Shown here in pieces: positions 40,972-49,987 of a DNA stretch of 64,000 nt; the stretch's first letter is position 1; each line of letters begins with the position of its first letter. Below the pieces are notes generated by a model. It saw nothing but the letters and a program-made list of their open reading frames with translations. It made no database searches and was not told the DNA's origin. The position numbers and the translations under genes were made by a program. The stretch is from a virus. Where the stretch lies: positions 16,921 through 80,920 of the IMG/VR virus record IMGVR_UViG_3300020474_000004; one strand, given 5' to 3'.

Positions 40972-42618
40972 ATGTCTGATAATGTATATCTTGGTAATCC
41001 TAATCTAAAAAAAGCAAATACTCCTATTGAGTTTACTCAAGAACAAATTCTTGAGTTTATGAAATGTAAGGAGGATCCCGTTTACTTTGCAAATAATTAT
41101 ATCAAGATTGTTTCTCTTGATGAAGGATTAACTCAGTTTCATCCATATGATTTTCAAGAAAAACTAATTAATAACTTTCATAATAATAGATTTAATATCT
41201 GCAAGATGCCACGACAGACTGGTAAATCAACCACTGTGGTATCTTATCTTCTTCATTATGCTATCTTTAATGATAGTGTCAATATTGGTATTCTAGCAAA
41301 CAAGGCAGCAACAGCAAGAGAACTACTTAATAGACTACAGACTGCTTACGAGAACCTCCCTAAGTGGATGCAGCAGGGTGTTCTTGTGTGGAATAGAGGA
41401 TCTCTAGAACTTGATAACGGTTCTAAAATCTTAGCAGCATCGACCTCTGCTAGTGCTGTTCGAGGTATGTCTTTTAATATTCTATTCTTGGACGAATTTG
41501 CGTTCGTTCCAAATCATGTGGCAGATTCATTCTTTGCGTCTGTTTATCCTACGATTACTTCTGGTAAAAAAACAAAAGTAATTATTGTATCTACTCCACA
41601 CGGTATGAATCACTTCTATCGAATGTGGCATGATGCAGAAAGGAGCAAAAACGAATATGTTCCAACAGATGTTCACTGGTCCGAAGTTCCAGGTAGAGAT
41701 TCTATATGGAAAGATCAGACAATTTCTAACACATCAGAACAACAATTCAAAGTTGAGTTTGAATGCGAGTTTCTAGGATCCGTTGATACTCTGATTGCTC
41801 CAAGCAAGTTGAAGTCTATGGTATATGACAACCCACAGACTCGAAATGCTGGACTTGATGTATATGCTTCAGTTGAAAAGGGGCATGATTATGTAATGAC
41901 TGTTGACGTAGCAAGAGGAGTTGGTGAAGATTACTCTGCATTCATAGTTGTTGATATCACACAGTTCCCTCACAGATTAGTTGCCAAATATAGAAACAAC
42001 GAAATCAAACCAATGTTGTTTCCCAATATCATCTATGAAGTAGCAAAGAACTATAATAGTGCATTCATTTTATGTGAAGTAAATGATATTGGTGATCAGG
42101 TAGCAAGTATCATACAGTATGACTTGGAATATCAGAATCTATTGATGTGTTCTATGAGAGGTAGAGCTGGTCAGATTGTTGGACAGGGATTCTCTGGTAA
42201 GAAAACACAACTTGGCGTTAAGATGTCTAAGACTGTTAAAAAAGTTGGGGCACTTAATCTTAAAACTCTGATTGAAGAAAATAAACTTATATTCTGTGAT
42301 TATGAAATTATTTCCGAGTTGACTACATTCATATCAAAGAAAAACTCATTTGAAGCAGAGGAAGGTTGTAATGATGACCTTGCTATGTGTTTGGTTATCT
42401 ATGCTTGGTTGGTCCAGATGGATTACTTTAAGGAACTCACAGATCAAGATGTAAGAAAGAGACTTTATGAAGATCAAAAAGATCAGATAGAACAAGACAT
42501 GGCACCTTTTGGATTTATGAATGATGGACTAGATGATACTAGTTTTGTTGATAATGAGGGTGATAGATGGTTTACTGATGAGTATGGTGATATGGGTCAT
42601 ATGTGGGAGTATAGGTAA
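40972..42618 (+). CDS. gp17: Terminase large subunit
   Basis: YLGNPNLK, Walker A PRQTGKSTT, Walker B LFLDEFAF, STPHGMNHF, nuclease DVARG and NDDLAM. Confidence 0.98.
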   Translation: MSDNVYLGNPNLKKANTPIEFTQEQILEFMKCKEDPVYFANNYIKIVSLDEGLTQFHPYDFQEKLINNFHNNRFNICKMPRQTGKSTTVVSYLLHYAIFNDSVNIGILANKAATARELLNRLQTAYENLPKWMQQGVLVWNRGSLELDNGSKILAASTSASAVRGMSFNILFLDEFAFVPNHVADSFFASVYPTITSGKKTKVIIVSTPHGMNHFYRMWHDAERSKNEYVPTDVHWSEVPGRDSIWKDQTISNTSEQQFKVEFECEFLGSVDTLIAPSKLKSMVYDNPQTRNAGLDVYASVEKGHDYVMTVDVARGVGEDYSAFIVVDITQFPHRLVAKYRNNEIKPMLFPNIIYEVAKNYNSAFILCEVNDIGDQVASIIQYDLEYQNLLMCSMRGRAGQIVGQGFSGKKTQLGVKMSKTVKKVGALNLKTLIEENKLIFCDYEIISELTTFISKKNSFEAEEGCNDDLAMCLVIYAWLVQMDYFKELTDQDVRKRLYEDQKDQIEQDMAPFGFMNDGLDDTSFVDNEGDRWFTDEYGDMGHMWEYR

Positions 42619-42839
42619 TGGATTTAGATGGGCAGATTAAGTTAGGACATCTACTACTTCAAGATAGAACTTGTAAAAAATGCGGTGAAACAAAAAACTT
42701 AGTTGATTGTTTTTATAGGACAAGAAAGGATAGAGGAGCAGTAGCATCATCATATTCTTATGAGTGTAAAGAATGCACTATCAAAAGAATCATGAAGGGT
42801 AAAAAATCAAACAATACATGGGAATATCCTGATTGGTAA
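42618..42839 (+). CDS. Small zinc-finger-like protein
   Basis: 73 aa, CKKC...YSYECKEC; TAATG coupling to gp17. Confidence 0.7.
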   Translation: MDLDGQIKLGHLLLQDRTCKKCGETKNLVDCFYRTRKDRGAVASSYSYECKECTIKRIMKGKKSNNTWEYPDW

Positions 42840-42876
42840 TTCACGTCATGTTTCCCCTGTGAAAAGTAACCTTTTG

Positions 42877-42883
42877 ATAAATA
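42877..42883 (+). promoter_or_regulatory. Late promoter (ATAAATA) for gp18, in the loop of an inverted repeat
   Basis: Late consensus 34 nt upstream of ATG; SD GGAG at 42906-42909. Confidence 0.7.
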
Positions 42884-42917
42884 TTTTCAGATAAACTGAG
42901 ATCACGGAGAAACAAAC

Positions 42918-45146
42918 ATGGCGACTCCTCAATTATCTCCTGGAGTACTGGTAAGGGAGGTTGACCTAACAGTAGGAAGAGCTGATAATGTTTTAGATAA
43001 CATTGGTGGCATTGCGGCACCATTTGAAATTGGACCTGTAGAAGAGGTAACTAATATCCCTACAGAGCAAAGACTTCTGTCTGTATTCGGAGAACCAAAG
43101 GAAGCAGATAGTCACTATGAGTATTGGATGAGTGCATCGTCCTACCTCTCATATGGTGGTGTTCTTAAGGTAGTAAGAGCAGACGATGACGATCTGAAGA
43201 ACTCGAATGCAGGTGTAGGAATTGCAAATACAACTACACTGAAAATCAAGAACTACGACGACTACGGTAACAACTACGAGTCAGCAACTGACTTCTACTA
43301 TGCTGCTAAGAATCCAGGTTCTTGGGCAGATGGACTGAAGGTTTGCTACATCGACGACCTTGCAGACCAGACACTTGGAGTTTCGACAAACAGCGCAGGT
43401 GCAAACCTTGGACTTGCTGGTTTAGGTGCTACAGTTGGAATGGGTGTTACTGCAGCAATTTCTGGAGTTCTTCCAAATGCATCGACTGGTGGCACATCCT
43501 CTTTCACTGGATATCTGAAAGCAATTGTCACCGGAGTAAGCACAGCAACATCTGGAACCGCAAGTTCTATTGATGTAAAGATTGTTTCGAGAGTAGACTC
43601 CGCAGGAACAGAAACAAGAATTGATTATGCAGAGGGAGATGGATTCTCATCCTTCGATACTGCTGATACATTATTCTTCACATCTAATGCAGGAAATGTA
43701 ACTACAGGACAAGCAGTAGCAACCGCAGTTGACTGGTATGATCAGCAGACTTTAGGTCTTACAAATTCCACAGTATACTGGAAGACTCTTGCTCCAAAAC
43801 CAGGAACAAGTGTTTATGCTGATGAAAGACAAGGACATGGCGATGAACTTCACATCGCTGTTGTTGATGACAATGGAGATTTAACCGGAGTCAAAGGTAA
43901 TATCCTTGAGAAGCACACTGGTCTTTCCAAAGCAACAGATGCTGTATCTGCTGTTAATGCTCCACAAAAGATTTACTATAAAGATTATATTAGAGATTTA
44001 TCTACCAACCTTTACGCTGGTAAAAATCCTCTCGCTGCTATTGATGCTCATCATGGAACTGCCCCAACGGCAACTGGATTTACTGCCTATACTGGAGTAA
44101 AATCAGCATCCTTTACCGCAGAAGGTGGCGCTGCAAACCAAGGTGGAGTTGCACAAGATAAGCAATTCCTTTCTATCGGTAATAAGACTTATACCTTCGC
44201 AGGTGGTAATGATTACCAGAGCACTGGTGGAGATGGTTACAAGGCAGACCTTGGAAAACTTATTTCCGCATACGGACTCTTTAGTAATAAGGATGAAACC
44301 GAAGTTGACTTCTTAATCATGGGACCTGGTTGTGATACTGAAGCACAATCTCAAGCAAAAGCAAATTATCTTATCTCTCTCGCAGGAGCAAGAAAAGATT
44401 GTATGGCAGTTGTTGGTCCTCATAGAGCAAACGTTGTCAACATCACAAACACTGAGACTCAGACAACCAATCTGATTAACTATTTCAGCCCATTACAATC
44501 CTCTTCCTACGCGGTATTTGATTCCGGTTATAAGTATACCTTTGATCGTTTCAATAACAAGTTCCGTTATATTCCATGCAACCCAGATGTTGCTGGAATG
44601 ATGGCAAGAACTGCTCTCAACTCCTATCCATGGTTCTCACCAGCAGGTCAGCAGAGAGGTGTTATTAATAACGCTGTTAAACTTGCTTACAACCCATCTA
44701 AGACTCAAAGAGATCGTCTCTATCCTAAGAGAATCAACTCCTTCATCACTTCGCCTGGTGCTGGAACATTCCTCTTCGGTGATAAGACTGCACTTGCTTA
44801 TCAGTCTGCTTTCGACAGAATCAACGTTCGCCGCTTGTTCCTCACAATTGAGCAATCACTTGAGAGAGCAGCACAAGCACAACTCTTCGAACTCAACGAC
44901 GAGTTAACGAGAGCAAACTTTAGAAACATTGTTGAACCATACCTCCGTGATGTTCAAGCAAAGAGAGGACTGATTGACTTCCTCGTTATCTGTGATGAGT
45001 CGAATAACACACCAGATGTTATTGATAATAATGAATTTAGAGCAGACATCTTCCTGAAGCCTGCCAAGTCGATTAACTTCATTACACTTACTTTCGTCGC
45101 CACACGTACTGGAGCAAGTTTCCAGGAAGTCGCTGGTAGAGTTTGA
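42918..45146 (+). CDS. gp18: Tail sheath protein
   Basis: LSPGVLVREVDLT, WFSPAGQQRG, LFGDKT, FDRINVRRLF, IFLKPAKSINFITLTFVATRTG. Confidence 0.98.
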   Translation: MATPQLSPGVLVREVDLTVGRADNVLDNIGGIAAPFEIGPVEEVTNIPTEQRLLSVFGEPKEADSHYEYWMSASSYLSYGGVLKVVRADDDDLKNSNAGVGIANTTTLKIKNYDDYGNNYESATDFYYAAKNPGSWADGLKVCYIDDLADQTLGVSTNSAGANLGLAGLGATVGMGVTAAISGVLPNASTGGTSSFTGYLKAIVTGVSTATSGTASSIDVKIVSRVDSAGTETRIDYAEGDGFSSFDTADTLFFTSNAGNVTTGQAVATAVDWYDQQTLGLTNSTVYWKTLAPKPGTSVYADERQGHGDELHIAVVDDNGDLTGVKGNILEKHTGLSKATDAVSAVNAPQKIYYKDYIRDLSTNLYAGKNPLAAIDAHHGTAPTATGFTAYTGVKSASFTAEGGAANQGGVAQDKQFLSIGNKTYTFAGGNDYQSTGGDGYKADLGKLISAYGLFSNKDETEVDFLIMGPGCDTEAQSQAKANYLISLAGARKDCMAVVGPHRANVVNITNTETQTTNLINYFSPLQSSSYAVFDSGYKYTFDRFNNKFRYIPCNPDVAGMMARTALNSYPWFSPAGQQRGVINNAVKLAYNPSKTQRDRLYPKRINSFITSPGAGTFLFGDKTALAYQSAFDRINVRRLFLTIEQSLERAAQAQLFELNDELTRANFRNIVEPYLRDVQAKRGLIDFLVICDESNNTPDVIDNNEFRADIFLKPAKSINFITLTFVATRTGASFQEVAGRV

Positions 45147-45179
45147 TCATAATCATAAAATAACGGAGGATTTCTAAAA

Positions 45180-45851
45180 ATGTCAAACTTACGCACGCTC
45201 ACCTCTTTTAAATCCGCACTTTTGGGTGGGGGAGCAAGACCAAATTTATTCGAAGTTTCAATTCCAACATTCCCAGCAGCAGCATTACAATCTATTCCAA
45301 ATCAAGAGTGGAATGCTGCTGCTCAAACGGATCTAAACTTCATGTGTAAGGCTGCCCAGTTGCCTGCATCTAATATTGCTTCTATCGATATTCCTTTTAG
45401 AGGTCGTACTCTGAAGGTTGCTGGTGATAGAACCATCGAAAACTGGACAATCACAATCCTTAATGATGAAGGATTCACTTTGAGAACTAAATTTGAAATT
45501 TGGATGAATGGTATTGCTAAATTGGATGACAATACTGGTGCTACAAGTCCAGCTGCTTATATGGCAGAAGCATACGTCTATCAGTTAGGTAGAGGATATG
45601 CTAAGAACAAGCATAGTACATCCAATGGAGGAGCAGGTGATGCTGCTGCTGAACCACCAGTAAAAGTTAAGCCTCTTAGATCTTATACTTTCCATTCCAT
45701 CTTCCCAGTAAACGTATCTGCGATTGATCTCTCTTACGATTCGAGTGATACAATTGAAGAGTTTACAGTTGAGTTTGCTGTTCAGAGTATTTCTGCTAAC
45801 GGAGCAACCGGTGAGACAGATCAGAACGGAGTAACAATCAACGGATTCTGA
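45180..45851 (+). CDS. gp19: Tail tube protein
   Basis: GGGARPNLFEV, PFRGRTLKVAGDRT..WTIT, IDLSYD..DTIEEFTVEF. Confidence 0.97.
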   Translation: MSNLRTLTSFKSALLGGGARPNLFEVSIPTFPAAALQSIPNQEWNAAAQTDLNFMCKAAQLPASNIASIDIPFRGRTLKVAGDRTIENWTITILNDEGFTLRTKFEIWMNGIAKLDDNTGATSPAAYMAEAYVYQLGRGYAKNKHSTSNGGAGDAAAEPPVKVKPLRSYTFHSIFPVNVSAIDLSYDSSDTIEEFTVEFAVQSISANGATGETDQNGVTINGF

Positions 45852-45872
45852 TTGACTCTATTTTCTCTCCTA

Positions 45873-45879
45873 ATAAATA
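45873..45879 (+). promoter_or_regulatory. Late promoter (ATAAATA) for gp20
   Basis: Late consensus in intergenic region. Confidence 0.65.
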
Positions 45880-45905
45880 GTAGAGATACAGTTTAGAGTT
45901 TAATA

Positions 45906-47570
45906 ATGTCCAAATTATTTGGGTTCTCTATTGAGGATACTGAACCACTCTCACCATCAGTAGTCTCCCCCGTCCCTCAGTCAAATGAGGACGGGGTTGA
46001 CCACTATATGAGTAGTGGTTTTTTTGGTTCCTACGTAGATATTGAAGGCGTATATAAAACTGAATTTGATCTCATCAAGAGATATCGTGAGATGGCGCTT
46101 CATCCAGAGTGTGATAGTGCGATTGAAGATATTGTAAACGAGGCAATCGTTTCTGATAGTAACGATACTCCTGTTGAGATTGAACTCTCAAACCTTAATG
46201 CTAGCGATGGTATTAAGAAATCTATTAGACAAGAATTTAAGCACATCATAGATTTACTGGATTTTAATAAGAAAGCACATGAAATCTATAGGAATTGGTA
46301 CATTGATGGTAGACTTTATTATCATAAAATAATCGATCTAAAGAAACCTGAAGATGGTATTCAGGAACTTCGTTATATTGACGCAATGAAAATGCGTTAT
46401 GTAAGGAAGCAAAAGAAGAATGAAAAGAAAGAACTAAATCGTCTCAATCCATTGAAGCAAGATCCAATGGATTATGATTTCCCAGAATTGGAAGAGTTTT
46501 TTATCTATAATCCAAAAGCGGGAATGGGTGGCAACCCAATGCAATCAAGTGCGAGTCAAGGTATTAAAATGACTAAAGACTCAGTAGCTTATTGTACATC
46601 TGGTTTAGTAGATAGAAATAAAGGATCAACGCTTTCATATCTTCATAAAGCAATCAAGTCTCTCAATCAACTGAGAATGATTGAGGATAGTCTCGTCATT
46701 TATAGACTTTCAAGAGCACCAGAACGTCGTATTTTCTATATTGATGTTGGCAATCTTCCAAAAATTAAAGCAGAACAGTATCTGCGTGACGTTATGATGA
46801 GATATCGTAACAAGTTAGTATACGATGCGTCCACAGGAGAGATTCGTGATGACAAAAAGTACATGGCTATGCTTGAGGACTTCTGGTTGCCCAGACGTGA
46901 AGGAGGCAGAGGAACTGAAATTTCTACTCTTCCTGGCGGTCAAAACCTGGGAGAAATCACTGACATTGAGTATTTTAAGAAGAAACTTTACAGGTCCCTT
47001 AATGTTCCGCCGTCACGTATGGACGGAGAAGGTGGATTTAATCTGGGTAGATCATCTGAAATACTTAGGGATGAACTGAAATTCACAAAGTTCGTGGGTC
47101 GTTTAAGAAAGAGATTCTCTGCAATGTTTAATGACATGCTTAGAACTCAATTACTTCTTAAGAATGTTATCACTCCTGAAGATTGGGAATTAATGAGTGA
47201 GCATATTCAATATGATTTCCTATATGATAATCATTTCTCCGAATTAAAAGAAGCAGAATTAATGAATGAGAGATTATCTCTTGTTGAAACTGCTCAACCA
47301 TATGTGGGTAAATACTACTCACAGGACTATGTAAGGCGCAAGATATTGCGTCAAACTGATATGGAAATTCTTGAGCAAGATAAACTTATCGAAGCAGAAA
47401 TAAAGTCAGGTATTATTCCCGATCCAGCAACAATTGACCCTGCAACTGGTCAACCACTAGATGCAGGGCAAAATCCTGCTTCAATGGACCTTGGAGCACC
47501 GGTTATGGAACCTGAGATTGATGCTTCTTCTGCTGAACCAATTGAGATGCCCAAGGGTGGCGAGATATAA
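45906..47570 (+). CDS. gp20: Portal vertex protein
   Basis: WYIDGRL, YRLSRAPERRIFYIDVGNLPK, EDFWLPRREGGRGTEISTLPGGQNLG. Confidence 0.98.
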   Translation: MSKLFGFSIEDTEPLSPSVVSPVPQSNEDGVDHYMSSGFFGSYVDIEGVYKTEFDLIKRYREMALHPECDSAIEDIVNEAIVSDSNDTPVEIELSNLNASDGIKKSIRQEFKHIIDLLDFNKKAHEIYRNWYIDGRLYYHKIIDLKKPEDGIQELRYIDAMKMRYVRKQKKNEKKELNRLNPLKQDPMDYDFPELEEFFIYNPKAGMGGNPMQSSASQGIKMTKDSVAYCTSGLVDRNKGSTLSYLHKAIKSLNQLRMIEDSLVIYRLSRAPERRIFYIDVGNLPKIKAEQYLRDVMMRYRNKLVYDASTGEIRDDKKYMAMLEDFWLPRREGGRGTEISTLPGGQNLGEITDIEYFKKKLYRSLNVPPSRMDGEGGFNLGRSSEILRDELKFTKFVGRLRKRFSAMFNDMLRTQLLLKNVITPEDWELMSEHIQYDFLYDNHFSELKEAELMNERLSLVETAQPYVGKYYSQDYVRRKILRQTDMEILEQDKLIEAEIKSGIIPDPATIDPATGQPLDAGQNPASMDLGAPVMEPEIDASSAEPIEMPKGGEI

Positions 47571-47573
47571 ATA
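47566..47573 (+). promoter_or_regulatory. Late promoter, perfect TATAAATA
   Basis: Exact T4 late consensus overlapping gp20 stop. Confidence 0.75.
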
Positions 47574-47589
47574 TAAGTAAATTTGTAAC

Positions 47590-47796
47590 ATGGGAAACAT
47601 GGATGAACTTTTAGACATGATGATTACTGATGGATCACCTTCGAAAATATCTGATACAATCAAAGACTTACTTTTTAGTAAAACTAGTGAGAGAGTCTCC
47701 TCCCATAGAGAAACGGCTGCTGCTTCTCTCTTTGGTGGCAATCAGGAACAGCCTGATACTGAGGCAGAAGTAGAAGTAGAAGCAGAAGAAGAATAA
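47590..47796 (+). CDS. Small acidic prohead core-like protein (gp67 position)
   Basis: 68 aa with acidic tail, directly after portal as for T4 gp67; assignment by synteny only. Confidence 0.65.
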   Translation: MGNMDELLDMMITDGSPSKISDTIKDLLFSKTSERVSSHRETAAASLFGGNQEQPDTEAEVEVEAEEE

Positions 47797-47799
47797 ATA
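47793..47799 (+). promoter_or_regulatory. Late promoter (ATAAATA)
   Basis: Late consensus overlapping stop. Confidence 0.55.
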
Positions 47800-47822
47800 A
47801 AATATACAAGTAGATTATAAAA

Positions 47823-48086
47823 ATGTCACGCATTTTACCATTAGGAGAAAAAGCAGCACTAGCAGCAGGTAGCAGTAATGCAACCACTGTTGGTAATGCA
47901 ACCGTTGTGAGAATTGTTGCAACTGCGGGTGTAGTCGTTGTATTCAGAACAGACTCTAGTGATACAGTTATTGGGTCTTTCACTCAACTTAACAACAGTG
48001 TTGAGATAGTTGAGAAGAGTCCAAGCGACAAAATTTATGTCACCGGAGCTGCAGTTGAGGTAGCAAAAGTAGGATTCACCAATTAA
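47823..48086 (+). CDS. Small beta-rich head-associated hypothetical protein
   Basis: 87 aa, ATTVGNATVVR...IGSFT......IVEK motif, ends KVGFTN; between portal and gp21. Confidence 0.75.
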   Translation: MSRILPLGEKAALAAGSSNATTVGNATVVRIVATAGVVVVFRTDSSDTVIGSFTQLNNSVEIVEKSPSDKIYVTGAAVEVAKVGFTN

Positions 48087-48091
48087 AAACA

Positions 48092-48745
48092 ATGAAACTT
48101 ATCAGAGAAGAGATCGAATCTGTCAAATTTCTTGTAGAGAAAACAAAGTCTGGCAAGAAATCCCTGTATATTGAGGGAGTATTCCTTCAGGGAAACATCA
48201 AGAACCGCAATGGTCGTATGTATCCTATGGATACTCTTCGTCGTGAAGTTTCTCGTTATAACGAATCCAATGTTCAGGCAGGTAGAGCACTTGGTGAACT
48301 TGGACATCCTGATGGTCCTACCGTGAATCTCGATAGAGTATCACATAAGATTGTCTCATTAAGAGAGAGTGGAGATAACTTTATTGGTAAGGCAAAAATC
48401 CTTGGAACACCGATGGGTAAGATTGCCGCAAATCTCGTAGAAGAAGGTGTCAAACTTGGCGTTTCTTCTCGTGGTATTGGATCGCTTAAAACAACAAAAG
48501 AGGGATGCAATATTGTTGGCGACGACTTCATGTTAGCAACTGCTGCTGATATTGTTGCTGATCCTTCTGCACCTGATGCATTTGTTGAGGGTATTATGGA
48601 AGGTAAAGAATGGGTCTGGGAAGGTGGTTTACTTCGCGAAAAGTATGCCCAGCAGACCAAAAATAAGATTAACACACTCGTCGGTCAGAGAGCGTTAGAG
48701 GAGCACAAACTCCAGTTATGGAGTGATTTCCTATCTAATCTTTAA
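48092..48745 (+). CDS. gp21: Prohead protease
   Basis: MKLIREE, IEGVFLQ..IKNRNGRMYP, ALGELGHP, LGVSSRGIGS, DIVADPSAPDAFV. Confidence 0.97.
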   Translation: MKLIREEIESVKFLVEKTKSGKKSLYIEGVFLQGNIKNRNGRMYPMDTLRREVSRYNESNVQAGRALGELGHPDGPTVNLDRVSHKIVSLRESGDNFIGKAKILGTPMGKIAANLVEEGVKLGVSSRGIGSLKTTKEGCNIVGDDFMLATAADIVADPSAPDAFVEGIMEGKEWVWEGGLLREKYAQQTKNKINTLVGQRALEEHKLQLWSDFLSNL

Positions 48746-48748
48746 TTT

Positions 48749-48756
48749 TATAAATA
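48749..48756 (+). promoter_or_regulatory. Late promoter, perfect TATAAATA, for gp22-gp23
   Basis: Exact T4 late consensus. Confidence 0.8.
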
Positions 48757-48793
48757 AATATAGTTTTAATACCGGCAATAACGGAGAGTTCAA

Positions 48794-49939
48794 ATGTCTC
48801 GTGGAGATTTACAAGAAATGGAAGTAAAGACACAGCAATCCAAAACTGCTGTTAATTCTGGGGCTGCTGCTGCAGATCCTATGCCTAAAATGGCAGATCC
48901 TGGCACTCAACTGGCTAACGTTGAGGATCTCGGTGGTCCTACTCCCGAGAACTACAAATCCGATGATGATTCGGCAAAACTGAAAGAGCCAGGTGCTACC
49001 CTCAAGCAAGTCAAGGATATTATCACCAAAGGTGCTAAACCTGCTGACCCAATGCCTAAGGGTATGAAGGAAGAGGAAGAAGTAGCAGACGAAGAAGTAG
49101 TAGCAGAAGCAGAGGAAACCACTGATGAGGTAGTCGCTGAAGAAGAGACTACTGAAGACGAAGTTGTTTCTGAAGAAGAAGTAACTGAAGAAGAAGTCGT
49201 TGCTGAGTATGACATCGAAGAAGATGTCAATGCTCTCCTCGCAGGCGAAGAACTCTCCGAGGAATTCCAAGCAAAAGCACGCACCATCTTCGAAGCAGCA
49301 ATCAATTCTAAGGTTGCTCAAGTCAAAGAAGAACTGGAAACTAAGTTTGCAGAAAAGTTTGCAGAAGAAATTGTTTCTGCAAAAGAATCACTCGCTGAGC
49401 GTGTTGATTCTTACCTTGAGTATGTCGCTGACGAGTGGATGACTGAAAATCAACTCGCAGTCGAGCATGGACTCAAGACTGAAATGACCGAATCGTTCCT
49501 CTCCGGAATGAAGAGTCTTTTTGAAGAACATTATGTAACTATCCCTGAAGAGAAGTATGATGTAACTACCGCAATGGTAGCAAAATTAGATGAGATGGAA
49601 ACAAAACTCAACGAGCAAATCGAAAAGAATATCTCCCTCAATTCCAGACTCAATGAGTCGGTTGCTGAAGGAATCTTAGATCAAGTCTCTGATGGTCTTG
49701 CACAGACACAGAAAGAGAAGCTCGCCTCACTTTCCGAAAGTGTAGAGTTTGAAAGTGAAGCACAATATCGTGAAAAGTTAGAAACACTGAAGGAGTCATA
49801 CTTCTCTCAGAAGACCGTTTCTACTCCAGCTAAGACCGAGACCCTCTCTGAAGGTGTAGAGAGCAACCATCAATCCTATACTGGTTCGATGGAATCCTAC
49901 ATGAGAGCATTGGGTTCTACACTTAGCAAAAACTCCTGA
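48794..49939 (+). CDS. gp22: Prohead core scaffold protein
   Basis: Very acidic, LSEEFQAKARTIFEAA, VDSYLEYV..EWM.EN, KLETLKESYF; between gp21 and gp23. Confidence 0.93.
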   Translation: MSRGDLQEMEVKTQQSKTAVNSGAAAADPMPKMADPGTQLANVEDLGGPTPENYKSDDDSAKLKEPGATLKQVKDIITKGAKPADPMPKGMKEEEEVADEEVVAEAEETTDEVVAEEETTEDEVVSEEEVTEEEVVAEYDIEEDVNALLAGEELSEEFQAKARTIFEAAINSKVAQVKEELETKFAEKFAEEIVSAKESLAERVDSYLEYVADEWMTENQLAVEHGLKTEMTESFLSGMKSLFEEHYVTIPEEKYDVTTAMVAKLDEMETKLNEQIEKNISLNSRLNESVAEGILDQVSDGLAQTQKEKLASLSESVEFESEAQYREKLETLKESYFSQKTVSTPAKTETLSEGVESNHQSYTGSMESYMRALGSTLSKNS

Positions 49940-49987
49940 ATTTAAAATTAAATCAAACATAAACTAACCACACATAGGTAAACGCAA

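Noticed and set aside
42618-42839. Active homing endonuclease after terminase
   Set aside because: Only 73 aa with no HNH, GIY-YIG or EndoVII catalytic motif
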